Assembly (NCBI GenBank): GCA_951406725.2
Contig: OX597829.1
Location: 24,614,001 to 24,678,000 of the forward strand
Length of the DNA stretch: 64,000 nucleotides
Direction of reading: 5' to 3'
DNA from: Octopus vulgaris
Lineage: Eukaryota
Shown: positions 1 to 13,510 of the stretch, piece after piece
Numbering within the stretch: the first letter of the stretch is position 1
How the letters are laid out: every line of letters starts with the position of its first letter
Notes under the pieces: generated by a model
The model's input: only the letters and a program-made list of their open reading frames with translations
Told to the model about the DNA's origin: nothing
Databases searched by the model: none
Program-made: the position numbers and the translations under genes

Positions 1-455
1 GTTGTTTCTATATTCTCCTGTCCATCTTCTAAGCTATTAGTCTTTTGCACATAGACAACATTCTGAGTACTGTTCTTTTTAGGATGCGCATCTACTTCTA
101 GGCTAATGGGGGAATTCACTCGGCTATCTTCTATTTTATTGGTTATCGAACCATAGTTCCTATCCTGATACCTAGTTGTGTTACTTATGGTTGGTTCACT
201 CATGTTGACATTGTTGCTATTTATTGATCATTAATTATAATTTTGCTTATTATTATTGCTTTTTGGTTAGTGGTGTTCTTCATATTATGCATACTATTTT
301 GATTATTGTCAGGATAGTCCATCCCACAACTTATATTATTTCTATTATTACTAATGTTAAAGAATTTTAATTTTTCTCTATACACCACCTTCTCTGATGC
401 TAAATTATAAAAGTCCTCATTAAGTTTAAATACTTTCACATTTCGGATTTCTATA
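1..455 (-). mobile_element. Penelope-like element (PLE) ORF remnant, RT C-terminus/linker
   Basis: VFKLNEDFYNLASEKVVYREKLKF resembles the PLE post-RT motif (F..A..YN.AL..SGY.EKL.F). It is followed by an Asn-rich linker with a frameshift near 225. Confidence 0.5.
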
Positions 456-493
456 TGTATGTACATATATATATATTTGTCTGTGTGTGTGTG

Positions 494-630
494 TGAAGGC
501 ACATGCCCCAGTGATTAGGATGTTGCACTCATGATCACAAGATTGTGGGTTCAGTTCCTGGACCAGAGGGCACATGGTATTCTTGAGGAAAACATTTTAC
601 TGCATGTTAAATTGGTAACCTTGACAGAAT
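494..630 (+). mobile_element. tRNA-derived SINE head (same family as 37929-38265)
   Basis: A-box/B-box-like segments (cagtgattag, ggttcagttcc) and similarity to the 38.2 kb copy. Confidence 0.5.
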
Positions 631-664
631 ACATACACACATTTATGGGCATATATAAATATAT

Positions 665-1092
665 ATCATCATCATCATCATTAACATCTCCTTTCCATGT
701 TGGCATGGGTTGGATGGTTTGAGTAGGACTGGCAAATCAGGAGGTAGCGCCAGGCTCCAGTCTGAACTGCCAAGGTTTCTACAGCTGGATGCCCTTCCTA
801 ACGCCAACCATTCCGAGAGTGTAGTGGGCGCTTTTTACATACCATCGGCATGGGAGCCAGTCAGCAGCACTGGCATCAACCACATTCGAATGGTGCTTTT
901 TATGTGCCACCGGCACAAGAGCTAGACAGCTGGCACTGGCAACACTAAAATGGTGCTTTTTATGTGCCACCAGCACAGGTGGCACTGGCCCCAACTATGA
1001 TTTCACTTGACTCAACAGGTCTTTTCAAGTTCAGCATATTGCTCAATGATTGAAGGGTTCTGTTAAACAGGCCAATTATGCAACACTAGCAT
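665..1092 (-). mobile_element. RTE LINE 3' end
   Basis: (CAT)n tail, TTTCTACAGCTGGATGCCCTTCCTAACGCCAACC motif and GGTGCTTTTTATGTGCCAC repeats. Confidence 0.85.
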
Positions 1093-1218
1093 CAAAACTT
1101 GTTTTATTCCGTTCATATTAACATTTTAGGGTCAACTTAATTCATAGTATTTTCCCATTATGCACCAGTTTGGCTGGGTAACATTACAAGCAAACAAGAT
1201 TCAAACTGACTTTTAATG

Positions 1219-1273
<55 letters not shown>

Positions 1274-1723
1274 TATACATACATACAGAAAGTATGGGGG
1301 GTTAGTTCACAGGTGATCTAAATGATTAGGTATGCTAGGTAAGTGCTGGAACAGATTACCAGGGCTCCAAGGTTATAGCTGAGATGGTAGTTATGGAGCC
1401 ATTGTAGACTTCCGATGCAGCAGATATATAATTGTTAAAGAGAACAACAAACATCTCAATACATAATTATTAGGAAAAATTCAGTGAACGTTGATAGGTT
1501 TGCATCCTTTTTCTCTGGATGTTTACAATATCAAGATTTTAATCCACATGGATCTATGCAGGATTGCACCTGAGGACTTATGCACTTGTTTCTACAACAT
1601 CGGAAAGTTGAACTATGAACTTTTATGCTTCTTTTGTCTTCTCTCACTTCAACTTCTTATTCCTTTACTCCCTTCCTCTATGTTGTCATTTCATTAATAT
1701 ATATACTTCTCATTTTCCCTATC

Positions 1724-1781
1724 TGTCTCTGATGATGGAATATCCCTTACTCTGGGATATCCCAGAAACAGCTGTAAGACA
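1724..1781 (+). ncRNA. Minimal type-I hammerhead ribozyme
   Basis: tgtct-CTGATGA-tggaatatccc(ttactct)gggatatccca-GAAAC-agct-GTA-agaca. Helix I, the core, a long helix II and a palindromic CAGCTG helix III are all present. Confidence 0.8.
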
Positions 1782-1864
1782 TTGAATTTTTTCTAATTAT
1801 AATAATCATGTATATGACTTGAGATGTTTGCTTTGCCTTAATGTTTGCTTTCCTCTTTAACAAT

Positions 1865-1908
<44 letters not shown>

Positions 1909-1912
1909 GATA

Positions 1913-2430
1913 TCATCGTCATCACTGTCATTTAATGTCCACTTTCCATGCTGACATGGGTTGGCTAGTATGACTGAGAACTGGCAAGCAGAGAGGCTGC
2001 ACCAGGCTCCAATCTGATTTGGCAAAGTTTCTACAGCTGGATGCCATTCCTAATGCCAACCACTCCGAGAGTATAGTGGGTGCTTTTAAACGGGCCAGTT
2101 ATGAGACACTGCTATGATCTCACTTGGCTTGTCAGATATTCTCAAGCACGGCATATCTCCAAAGGTCTTGGTGAGGCCTAACATTCAAAGGTCATGCTTC
2201 ACCACCTTGTCCCATGTCTTCCACATGTTCCCTCCACTGTTAGGGTGACAATTCTTCACACAGCTGTCTTCATTCATACACATCACATGACCATACCAGC
2301 GCAATTGTTTCTCTTGCACATCACATCTGGTACTTCTTATGTCCAACTTTTCTCTCAGGGTGCTTACACTCTGTTGTGTATGCACACTGACATTACACAT
2401 CCAGCGAAGCATACTAGCTTCATTTCTTTC
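1913..2430 (-). mobile_element. RTE LINE 3' fragment (ORF C-terminus plus UTR)
   Basis: MLRWMCNVSVH...LRWYGHV and the conserved 3' motif. Confidence 0.85.
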
Positions 2431-2573
2431 AAGCCAATGAATTGCTGTATAGGAGGACTATTTCGAAGATGATGTTAGAACTTCGGTAAATTTGCTATTT
2501 TTTACTAATCATAACTAGTCCAGAAACTTTTTAGTGGTATCATACCAAAAGTATGATACCACCACATGTAGAG

Positions 2574-2696
2574 ATATATATTTGCATACACACTACACAC
2601 ATATATATTTGCATACACATTACACACATATATATTTGCATACATACTATACACATATATATTTGCATACACACTACACACATATATATTTGCATA
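2574..2696. repeat. 27-bp minisatellite, about 4.5 copies
   Basis: Unit ATATATATTTGCATACACACTACACAC. Confidence 0.9.
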
Positions 2697-3129
2697 AACA
2701 ACAAATTCCTTGGTTAATAGTTCATTTTTTCTGACCTTTAACTTTTGGCTGCTGCAATTTGGAAGATTGTTTATTTCCTTATAACTTAAGAAATATTTAT
2801 TCTATTCACTTGAAATTTTCACGAAAGATAGATATTAGATATATTTCAATATGTTATTAATCTTCTATAATAATTATTTCAATACACTTGTTCTTACTGA
2901 CCCTTATATTATGGTCAATATTGTATATATACATATATAAAATGTAGACACACACACATACATCCTCCATACACAAAGTTTTATTGAAGCTGAAAATATC
3001 ACAAACTGTTACCCTGTGTTTCACATAACCAATCATCATACTGAAGTGAACTTTTAAAACAATACAATGGTTTTAAATGGTACCATAAGAATTAGATGGT
3101 AAATAATCAAATAAACATTTAAAATTGTT

Positions 3130-3360
3130 TGGACAAGGGTTGTCACAATCCACAATCAATAAATCTGTTAGGTAAAGACTAATGGATAGCACATTCTACA
3201 GAAGCACCTTGAAGGTTAGGTACTTTTGTTGTAAGAACTTTACCTTGGTAAACCAACACAATGTGAAAAGTCTCATCAAAGCTAATGAAAATGAACGAGA
3301 TCCTAAACGTAATTGTGTTGACCACAGCAGCTACCCATTTAATGGCAATTATTAGGCCAA
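3130..3360 (+). mobile_element. Degraded PLE ORF (pre-GIY-YIG region)
   Basis: KVRYFCCKNFTLVNQHNVK...RNCVDHSSYPFNGN parallels PLE KVSYSC..N...I..HN...CNC....CPL.G.C and the 34.7 kb copy. Confidence 0.5.
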
Positions 3361-4537
3361 AAGAATGAAATATAAAAATTCTTTTTATTCTTGCTCAAGT
3401 GTTTTAATATCTTGAATTTTTTGAATTCTTCATTTCTATGCACTTTTTTCATGTGTTTTTACACCATTTCAAACCATGTGTTGCCTGTTAATTTTGACCA
3501 GTCTTTTGCACCTATGTTGCCATTTTGTTTACAAAAATACAAAACAATCATATTAACCTTCCTCCACCACACTTGACCTCCCTCTGTCTTATTTCCTTCC
3601 TCCACGTCTTGAACCACTCTTCCTATCTGGCATACATTACATATCTCTTCCACCTATATGTGTGTGTGTGTGCGTGTGTCTCTATCTATCTATATTTTTC
3701 TAAAAGTAAGTAATGTACTGATATTACCATTGCATGTACAATGAAAGTTTTATAACTTTCATACCTTCTCTAACTACTCTTTCAATTTTTTCATCCTTTC
3801 CTTTTCTTACAAACGATCTCTTTCATTCCTTTTCCTGTCTCATCGCACTTGCTCTATAACAAATTTACTTCTCCTAAATATAACTATATAGCTCCTCTAC
3901 AACAAGAACCTGCTTATCCATCCTTCTTCCATAAAGCCGATCTATGTTTTGTTGTCTTGTGAGCTGCATGGCAACTTCACTAAAGCAGAGGGTTCAAAAA
4001 AAAAAAAAAAACATTCACTACATGCTACTAAGTGGTTGGTGATAAACAGGACATCCAGTCATAGAAATCATGCCTAAATAGACAACAGAGCACAATGCAG
4101 TTCTTGGACAATATTCAATGGATACTGTCAAACCGTCTAACCCATGCGAACATGAAATAAGGACATTAAATGATGAAGATGATATATTTATTTGCATATT
4201 TTATTTTTAATTTTATTGTTGACACAGTCACAGTTTCTTAAACTCTAAAATAGATTTGCCTAGGTTTGGCAACAAAAATTGTAACTATTTCCCCTCATCA
4301 AGACAGAACAGCCTTGATTTTATGATACAAACTTCCAGTTGCAAAGCAATCTAAATTAAAGCCTTCCACCAACATTCCATGTCAGTTTATGTTCCAAACA
4401 GCAACTAAATAAAGACAAAGATATTTTACTAAATTCTTCATTTTCAAAATTTCTTAAAATAAAGGCAGTTTATTTAAACAGAAATATCCTAGTCATATGA
4501 TTTAGCCGCCAGATCTTTCCATCAAGTCTATGAGAAG

Positions 4538-4758
4538 CCCTTCTGATACCAACCCCACCTAAGACCACTCAGTGATTCAAACATCCTGTTTTAAAGTGAT
4601 CCTAAATTAAATCCTTCCACCAAAATTCCATGTTAATTTATATTCCAAACACCAGCTTAATAATTATGAAGATATTTTACTAAATCTTTCATTATTTTCA
4701 GAAATAATTGAAACAAAGGCATTGTATTTCAACAGAAATATGGTAACAAAGGGATTAA
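4538..4758. mobile_element. piggyBac-like MITE (family of 60842-61366)
   Basis: CCCTT(C)TGATAC...GTAACAAAGGG-TTAA ends. The interior is the reverse complement of the 60.8 kb element, and a partial duplicate lies at about 4300-4490. Confidence 0.55.
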
Positions 4759-5006
4759 CATTCATATTAATTTCAAATTTTCATTTTCTAACAAATGCTA
4801 TTGATTTTTGACATGCGACAACCCTCTACCCAATCAACTGTAAGTATTTATTTGAGTATCTTCCAACAGATATTTAATGCAATATTTAATACCAACATAT
4901 TGTTCCAAAAGTTCAATTCTTGTTTGATGAAACTTGGAGTAATGGTTTTTGAAGAGTTTCTGTTTCACTAAAACTATATTTATTGTCTCCGGAATTGGTG
5001 TGTCAT

Positions 5007-5157
5007 TTTCTTCAGTTTTCGCCTATCAAATCCACTCACAAGGATTTTGGTTGGCCTCAGGCTATAGTAGAAAATACTTGTTCAAGGTACTATGCAATGG
5101 GACTGAACCCCAAACCATGTGATTGGAAAGCAAGCTTCTTACCACACAGCCATACCT
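5007..5157 (-). mobile_element. tRNA/CORE-type SINE 5' half
   Basis: Matches the head of 21737-22144. Confidence 0.75.
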
Positions 5158-5185
5158 ATATATATATAAATATATACATACACAA

Positions 5186-5268
<83 letters not shown>

Positions 5269-5405
5269 CAGATGAATATGGTACTTAAGTTGGGGTACCA
5301 GAATTTAGTAAGGTATTATCCATACAATTTAAAATAAGGTGATTAAAATCAAAAAGAGTAACAAGGATATCCTTGTTGCTTATTTTGATTTATATATACA
5401 TACAT

Positions 5406-5436
<31 letters not shown>

Positions 5437-5597
5437 GAGACATAATTTGCACACTCACAATCAATCCCATTCAAATATAATAGAGAAGAGGGAAAGAAAC
5501 AATTACAGAATTATGTAGACATAGTAACAATATCAACAACCTTCCCAACAATGCCAGCCCCAGTCACAACAACAACAACAACAATATAATAATAATA

Positions 5598-5745
5598 ATT
5601 CTTTCTACTAAGGCACAAGTCCCAAGATTTGAGGGGAGGGGGACTAGTTGATTACATCAACCCCGGTGTTTCACTGGCACTTAATTTATCAACCCCAAAA
5701 GGATGAAAGGCAAAGCTGACCTCGGCAGAATTTGAACTCAGACGA
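5598..5745 (-). mobile_element. Second SINE family fragment (family of 31417-31640)
   Basis: GAGGTCAGCTTTGCCTTTCATCCTTTTGGGGTTGATAAA core on the minus strand. Similar copies lie at about 12410-12552, 43647-43865, 45690-45890, 50390-50595 and 51190-51390. Confidence 0.7.
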
Positions 5746-6384
5746 AATACCATCAATAGCAAGAATAACAGCTCATAAATTCATAAATTCTCATAAATTT
5801 AAGGTCAAGGAATCTGGTGGTCAGCTTATTGTCAAGTATTTGGAGTTGGCTTCAAACAATCTGCTCTCCTGGCAGACAAACAAGGGGGTACTGATAGACA
5901 GTACACCAGCTACCCTTCACCCTATCACATGCACATATTAATATCTCATACACCACTTACATACATACACACACACACTATGCCAAAACTAAGTATTCAT
6001 ACACACATGCATATAGGTTCACTGAAGCATCAAGGCATGCTTATTTATATATATACACACACACATGAACAAACACTGCCAGCTTAGAGCAAACTGCAAC
6101 CACTTTCTTTAGTTACTCCTCCCACCACACACATACTGTATGCATACCAGTTGTTGCACACTAGCATATAATTTCATAGGTATTCACTAAACTATGGCAG
6201 ATTATTCAAATATGTTTTCTGTACTTTTATTAGTACTATTAGGTGGTTTGTATACCATACACCAGCCTATCATCTAACTGCACAGGATGTAGGATTGGAG
6301 AGTGGAACAGACGACTAATGAACCTCAACTTTGTTTACATGTTGCACTTTACAGAGCATATACACTCACACACACACATACAAA

Positions 6385-7990
6385 CAGTCACTAAAGAAAC
6401 TGGATGTAGACAAATAGCTTGTGAAAGCTGTACAAGCCATATATGAAGACACGGTAAAGTAAGAATCACTAGCAATTTCAGTGATTAATTTAGCATGAAA
6501 TTAGTCCATTAAAGCATAATCCTCAATCCTCTTCTATTCATTATTGTCCGGCAGACCATGTCAGTGGAATTTATAACTGATTATATTTGATAACCCTTAT
6601 ATGTTGATGATATCAAAATAGATGAACATCAATGGAATTTGTATCTTTGTGGTACCAGTGCCGGTGCACACAAGAAAACCATTCAAACGTGGCCGTAGCC
6701 AGTACCGCATCGACTGGCCTCCGTGCTGTGGGCACGTAACAAACACCATCCGATTGTGGCCGTTCACCAGCCTCATCTGGCACCTGTGTCGGTGGCACAT
6801 AAAAAACACCATCCGAGCGTGGCCGTTCACCAGCCTCATCTGGCACCTGTGTCGGTGGCACATAAAAAACACCATCCGAGCGTGGCCGTTCGCCAGCCTC
6901 ATCTGGCACCTGTGTCGGTGGCACATAAAAAACACCAGCCGAGCGTGGCCGTTCGCCAGCCTCGTCTGGCACCTGTGTCGGTAACACATAAAATCACCCA
7001 CTACACTCTCGGAGTGGTTGGCGTTAGGAAGGGCATCCAGCTGTAGAAACACTGCCAGATCTGACTGGCCTGGTGCAGCCTTCGGGCTCCCCAGACCCCA
7101 GTTGAACCGTCCAACACATGCTAGCATGGAAAGCGGACGTTAAATGATGATGATGATGATCTGGTTCACAAAGTTGGATCTGCAGGAAAATTAGAGAGGA
7201 AATTCTAAGCATGGAAACTAACCCTTGAGTCAACAGGTTGTAAAGTAAACTTAACAAAGACTAAGTTTTTAGTGAGTAGGAAAGACACAACCCTGATATC
7301 TTCAAGGAAATGTCCTTGCTCAATATGTAGAAAAGGACTATGTATAAACTCTATATGTTCTACCCAATGTAAACTACGGACACAGAGGAAATATAATGGA
7401 ATGTCAGGGAACTTCATATATGACAGATGCACTGGAACAATATACACAATGAGCCCACCAGAAGTAGACTCCCTTAGATGCCTGGATGACTTACTAAAAG
7501 TGTGATACCCAAGAAATGTAATAAGCAGGAGAGGTGGTGGCTTCAAAACTATAGTAGTAGCCAGAAGAAACCACTTCCACTACTGGTAACAAAGGTCTTT
7601 TCCCACAGTGTGAAAAGTAGACAGAATGATTGATGCCTGTGTTAGAATTGCAATACTGCAGGGTAGTGAGACATAGGCCTTAAAAGGAAGGGAAAGAAAT
7701 AAAACAAGGATGTTTTGTTGTGAAATGCAAGTGTGCAAATGTGCAGTGAGAAAAACTGGGAATAAGAGGAATTAAATGTAGCATGCAAGAAAAAAGACTG
7801 TGCTGGTACTGACATGACATGAACACAAATGAGGACAGTTGTATGAAGAAGTGCCAATGACTTAATGAAAATAGAACTTCTGGAAGAGGAAGATCCAGAA
7901 GGACATGGCACAAAGTGATGAAGGCTGGTCTCAGGATCTTGAACTTTATGGAGGAGATAAATAACCAATATGACTGGCAATATGCAATAT
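6385..7990 (+). mobile_element. Old degraded RTE LINE (RT to C-terminus), interrupted by a younger RTE
   Basis: RT remnants ending at YVDD (6600-6611) resume at 7161 and are followed by the CSIC...CTQC zinc finger. Confidence 0.75.
6612..7160 (+). mobile_element. Young RTE 3' end with 4 x 63-bp tandem unit
   Basis: 63-bp periodicity (CACC at 6744, 6807, 6870, 6933), the conserved 3' motif and a (GAT)n tail. Confidence 0.9.
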
Positions 7991-7994
7991 TCAA

Positions 7995-8700
7995 GAAAAC
8001 CTGCTCCACCTTCAACATCCATGCTAAGAGCCTTAAGGTTGTTTTTGATGGCATCCCTAAAACATTTCTCAGGCTTATGTCTCAGACATTTATCACCTTG
8101 CAACACCCTATAAAACAACAGCTTAGGTAACTTGTCATCCTACATCCTAGTAAGGTACTCAGCCCAGTGCAACTGATTGTGTATGAGAAGCATTTCAATA
8201 ATGGATATGTTGGCTTGCTGATGAAGAACAGTGTCTGATGTTAGACACTGTCATTTGATGTTTAAGATCTTCTTAAGGCAAGTTTGATGGAATTTTTCCA
8301 AAACCTTGATGCAATGATAATATGTAGTCCAAGTATCAGAACAGTATAAAAGAGCAGTTAAGACACACAATTCATAAACTCTGAACTTGGTTTTGATGAT
8401 GATACTGCTATCAGACTACACATGATTTTTGAACCTTCTAAATGCTTTGCTGACGTTTTTGATCCTCAGATTTATTTCAGAATCAAGAGCTTCATCTCTA
8501 GAGAGAGACTGCTGCTGATGTAAACAAAGGAGTCGACCACATCCAACCTTGTACCCGGGTTGAAGATGTTTTGTTTGACATAGGGCTGATGGTAAACCCA
8601 AATTCATGCTGAAGAGAAGAGGCCCTTTATAGCCTGCATGTCTTTTTTGGCGTGTGCAACATGAACTGTACCCTGTCAGCATAAAGAAACTCACAAAGAA
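7995..8700 (-). mobile_element. Degraded BovB/RTE-1-like LINE fragment
   Basis: LDSEINLRIKNVSKAF and KCFRDAIKNNLKALSMD resemble the RTE-clade C-terminal region. Confidence 0.6.
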
Positions 8701-9872
8701 AGGCCTTGAAAGTCTTCGAGTTTGTGTTGAAGTGGGTTATGTCAAAGACCTTACCTGTGATTCTGAAGCAAATGTAGATACTAGTATCGCATGCATGTGT
8801 GTGTATTTGTCCTCCACACCATATGACAACTGGTGTTGGATCATGTATGTCCCTGTAACTTAGAGATTCATCTAAAGACCTTGATAGGGTTAATACCAAA
8901 AATAAAAAGGAAAATATGAATGGGGGAATCAATTTATTTGACTAAAACCCTTCAATGCAGTGCCCTAGCAATGGCTTCAATCAAATGAACGAAACAAGAT
9001 ATATATGTACATGCATAAACCTATAAATATATATATATACATATACACACATACATATTTACACAAACACACACATATATACATCTAAATGACAATCACC
9101 TTATATTCTTTAACACTACTCCCAACTTCTCACACCTCTGTTTGCCAGTCACTACATTCTTATATACCTTAAACAACCCCATCCCATCCCTATCTCTATA
9201 TGTCTCTCATTCTCCCCCATAATCTTGCAGCATTTGCTTATCCATTCCTACTCCCATCCCTTCATCACTCTCCTCTCTACTACTATTATTCTGCTGCTCA
9301 TAATCTCCTGTACCCTGAACCATTATACAGTCAACCTTCATTTTCATCACAACAGCACACTCATATTTATCAACAGGCACCCACCTCTCCTATTAACCAC
9401 TTACTACATTCATCCCTACCCCTATTTCTAATCATCTCTCACACTCTTGCAACCTTTACATATCCTCCCACCCACACTGATCTTCTCACCTTATGCTCTC
9501 ATCCAATTACCTTTATGGACTTTGAGGATATGTTCTGAAACTTTGTCATCACCTCACATTATCTACAGTTCCACCTCATTTACTTCCACCCACACAAATA
9601 TAATATGGGGCAGGTGAGCAGTGTATCTCCCATACAACAATTTATGTTTCTGCCTGTTCAATCATAATTTCACCACTCAATACCTCACGCAAAACCCATC
9701 TTCTCCTCAACTTCCACTCAGTCAAGGGGGTCTCTTTATTCTAGCATGATGCACAGTGAATTCACTAATAATGTTAGTGCCATGAATTAAATGCACCAAG
9801 TACACTCTATAAAGTGGTTGACTGAAACAGATAAAGAAAAATGTATGGATATAAGTAATTATATGTGTATGT

Positions 9873-9940
<68 letters not shown>

Positions 9941-9952
9941 TGTATATATAGG

Positions 9953-9984
<32 letters not shown>

Positions 9985-10104
9985 GGTATGTGTATATATA
10001 TAGGTATGTATATATGTGTATATATATGTGTGTATATATATATATAGGTATGTACAAGAATGGCATCCAACAATGTACACCATTCCAAAATTAAGACAGT
10101 AGAG

Positions 10105-10373
10105 CAGTGTTTCTCAACCATTTTTTGGCTTATGGACTCCTTTGATTCCTATTTTACTCTACTGAATACTAATAAACATCCAATGCTTAAAAAAAAAAGT
10201 ACCATTATATTTTTACAATTAAATATCATTTGGAATTGAATGAAAAAAAAAACCGTTAAGATATTTTGTGTATTGTAGAAGTATAAACTAATTTATTACA
10301 GATAAATTCTAAAAACAAAAATCTTATGTGGACCCCCACAAGGGTAATATGAACCCCGGGTTGAGAACCACTG
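10105..10373. mobile_element. hAT (Charlie-type) MITE
   Basis: TIRs CAGTGTTTCTCAACC / GGTTGAGAACCACTG with an 8-bp TSD, cagtagag / ctgtagag. Confidence 0.85.
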
Positions 10374-13299
10374 CTGTAGAGCAGCACATCGTATTCTGAC
10401 TTGTTAAGCTCTGTCTAACCATGTAACCTATGCCAGCAGAGAAAAGCAGACACTGAATGATGATAATATATATTTCTTTACTACCCACAAGGGGCTAAAC
10501 ACGAATGATGATAATATATATATATATATATAATGCTAAAGTTGACTCTAGAGCTCGCCAGAGCATATCAAACCATCTGACCCATACCAGCATGGAAGGT
10601 AATTATACACACTTGCACACATGTACATATGAACATGCCTGCATACATATGCATATGTATAGTTATATATAAAATGCATATATATTTAAATGTAGATAGA
10701 TGTGGGTAGATGCCTACACAAACACACACACACACACACAAATATACACATACACTCTTACATACGTGGTTTCCCAACGGATGCTAGATTCTAATATAAA
10801 AATCTTGTACCTAAATCAAAAAACCTCTTTCTGCGTTGATGATAAAATTGAGATAGATAAACCCAGGAGAACACACACAGAAGAAAAGCAGTACTGATTT
10901 GTCAGTTATGTTGATGCAAGGTGGTGTGCTGGAATTAAAACAATTCCATTGTCTTGGACAGATCTATGAACCACAGAACACAGTCTTCCATGTTCGGTGC
11001 ATTCTTAAATATGTGAGCTCTTATTACGACGTCTCCAACGAATTATCAATAGACATTTATTTATAAAATATGTCATTAAAGAAAATGAAACAACGATTAA
11101 GAAGTTGGACCACATGCAAAAAATGGTAGCTAAAGCTACACATATAATCATGTCGAAAACGGGAAAGATAAATTGCATAATATAAATACCCCCCACTGAT
11201 AAAGCCGGAACGGTCACAGCTGGATTGTCTTCGATGATAGTTGGTCTGCTCCATTAAGTTTATGTCCCATAATGTAGTAGTTCTACGAATACGCTTAGAT
11301 AAAATTTGTATCACACAAAAATACGTACCGGATCGATATAATTGACTAAATTTCTGAAGCTAGTGCCCCAGAATGACCGCAGTCTAAATTACTAGAATCA
11401 GTAAAAAATACACAAATCGATGCACAAGCACACACATACGTCTATACATATATCTTTAATGTATACTGGCATGTAATTAATTATGTGTGAGTGTAATAGT
11501 GTTTGGAATAGTATCGGTAGTCAGGACGATAATGTCCGATGATATTGACAGTAAATAAATAATGCAATTACGAAGTGAAACCAATGTGGATATGACAATT
11601 TAAGGGGGCTTTTTGGTTTTAATAAACGATCTCAACTCAAGTTACTTGTCTAACTACAACTCACACACACACACGTGTGTGTATGTGTTTATGTATTAAA
11701 TGTTTATATATGCATACACATATACACATGGCTGTGTGTGTTTGGTATGTGTGTGTGTGTAGTGATGAAACTGACTTCAAATTCCCTAGCATTTACCGAG
11801 ATGGTGCATCGAAACTCCCAATGGCTTGGACGAGTCCAAAGAATTTCAGCAAGCTCAAATGCCAACACAAATACTCACAGCTGTCTTGTTGAATCAATGT
11901 AGACCAAGAATGTGGCCATAACATCGATAGCCACAGCTGGACCACAGAAGATGAGAGATCAATTCACTTTCGATACTACAACACTGTACATTTTTATAAA
12001 GACATACATTGTAGACAGACTATAAGTTAGTGTGTGTATATATATATATATATATATGCATACAAATATGCATAAACATACATACACACACACATATATG
12101 TGCATACAACATAATGGGTATATATGTATACATACACAAACGGAGAATATGTATTCATACATACGAGTAACATCATATATACACGTGTAAACATGCTTAT
12201 AAATACACGAATGTGTAAACATGCACACACACATATATACACACAAACACAACTGTATACATGCTTACATATATGTTTACATGAACACATGTACTCCTAT
12301 ATACATATATGCAAGGATGTGAATGTATACATAAATACACACGAATATATGTATGTATAGAAGCAAAAATACATACGAATATGTGTATATACACAGAAAT
12401 ATATATATCTTTATTGCCCACAAGGGGCTAAACATAGAGGGGACAAACAAGGACAGACAAAGGGATTAAGTCGATTACATCGACCCCAGAGCGAAACTGG
12501 TACTTTATTTATCGACCCTGAGAGGATGAAAGACAAAGTCGGCCTCGGCGGACAGTTATTCATACACTTAATACACATAGGTATTTCTATTTATAAACAC
12601 ACACACCTTTGCATGTCTACATAGCAGAAATGGTTAAGTGCACTATTGTATATCTGTATACACACTCGTCTGTATACATGTACACACACGTGTGTATACC
12701 TGTCATAATACACATATTATTCACTCCTACTTACATACATATACATATTTGTATACGAAATACATCTATGTAGGCAGTCGTTAGACATGCGATAAACAGC
12801 AACCAAATTTCCCTCAAATAAACACTCTACTGTCTAAAAGAAAAGGACACTGGTCTGTTACTCCTACGTATCCTAAATCGACTGGATGTTCACGGTAGGA
12901 GTATCGAATCGTTGATATCTGGGATGTGGAAAGGAAAAGAATCTAAACAGATATTTACGTATTCAGATCTTTATAGACATTTTGTACATAGACATTTGCA
13001 TGTGTGTGTATACACTATACACTCCCTCATAGCTATGTACATTACGTGTTTGAAGAGAGAGAAAAAAAATTAGTAAACAATGTATGTATATGTATATTTG
13101 AAAAGAAAATGAATTTATGTATGTACATATATAACTGAAAGGACAGTGTTGGTAAGTGTGCGGTAGAATATTGTTAATACAAGCTACTAACCAGGTTGGT
13201 AGGACGTTCCAATGTAATATTTGGGTATCGATGTATTTGGTAATTAGTGTCGATGCACTTTAGGATTTATATCGAAGGTTTAATAACATTTTTCCTCTT

Positions 13300-13510
13300 T
13301 CTTTCGCGATATACTGATGTCAGCAGCAGCAGCGGCAGCAACAGCAGCAGGTCACAGTGTGTGAGTACGGTGGTGGAGGCACGAGTAGGGGAGGGCACGG
13401 AAAAAGAGATGGTGAAAAAGAAAGAGACATCTGACGTAACTTCCTGCACGAAACCGACTTCCGGAACGAAACCGACTTCCGATGTCTTGACGATTTGCAA
13501 CTTACGAGAG
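13300..13510. promoter_or_regulatory. CpG-enriched promoter-like island with ETS and CRE-like motifs
   Basis: TGACGTAA at 13432, then ACTTCCTG, ACTTCCGG and ACTTCCGA (ETS-type GGAAGT on the minus strand) at 13439-13482. It has a (CAG)n tract and visibly higher CpG than its flanks. The associated gene was not identified. Confidence 0.55.

Noticed and set aside
11005-11217. Hydrophobic 70-aa ORF
   Set aside because: The opposite strand (IKKLDHMQKMVAKATHII) looks more like a very old CR1/L2 RT remnant, and neither reading is strong enough to call.
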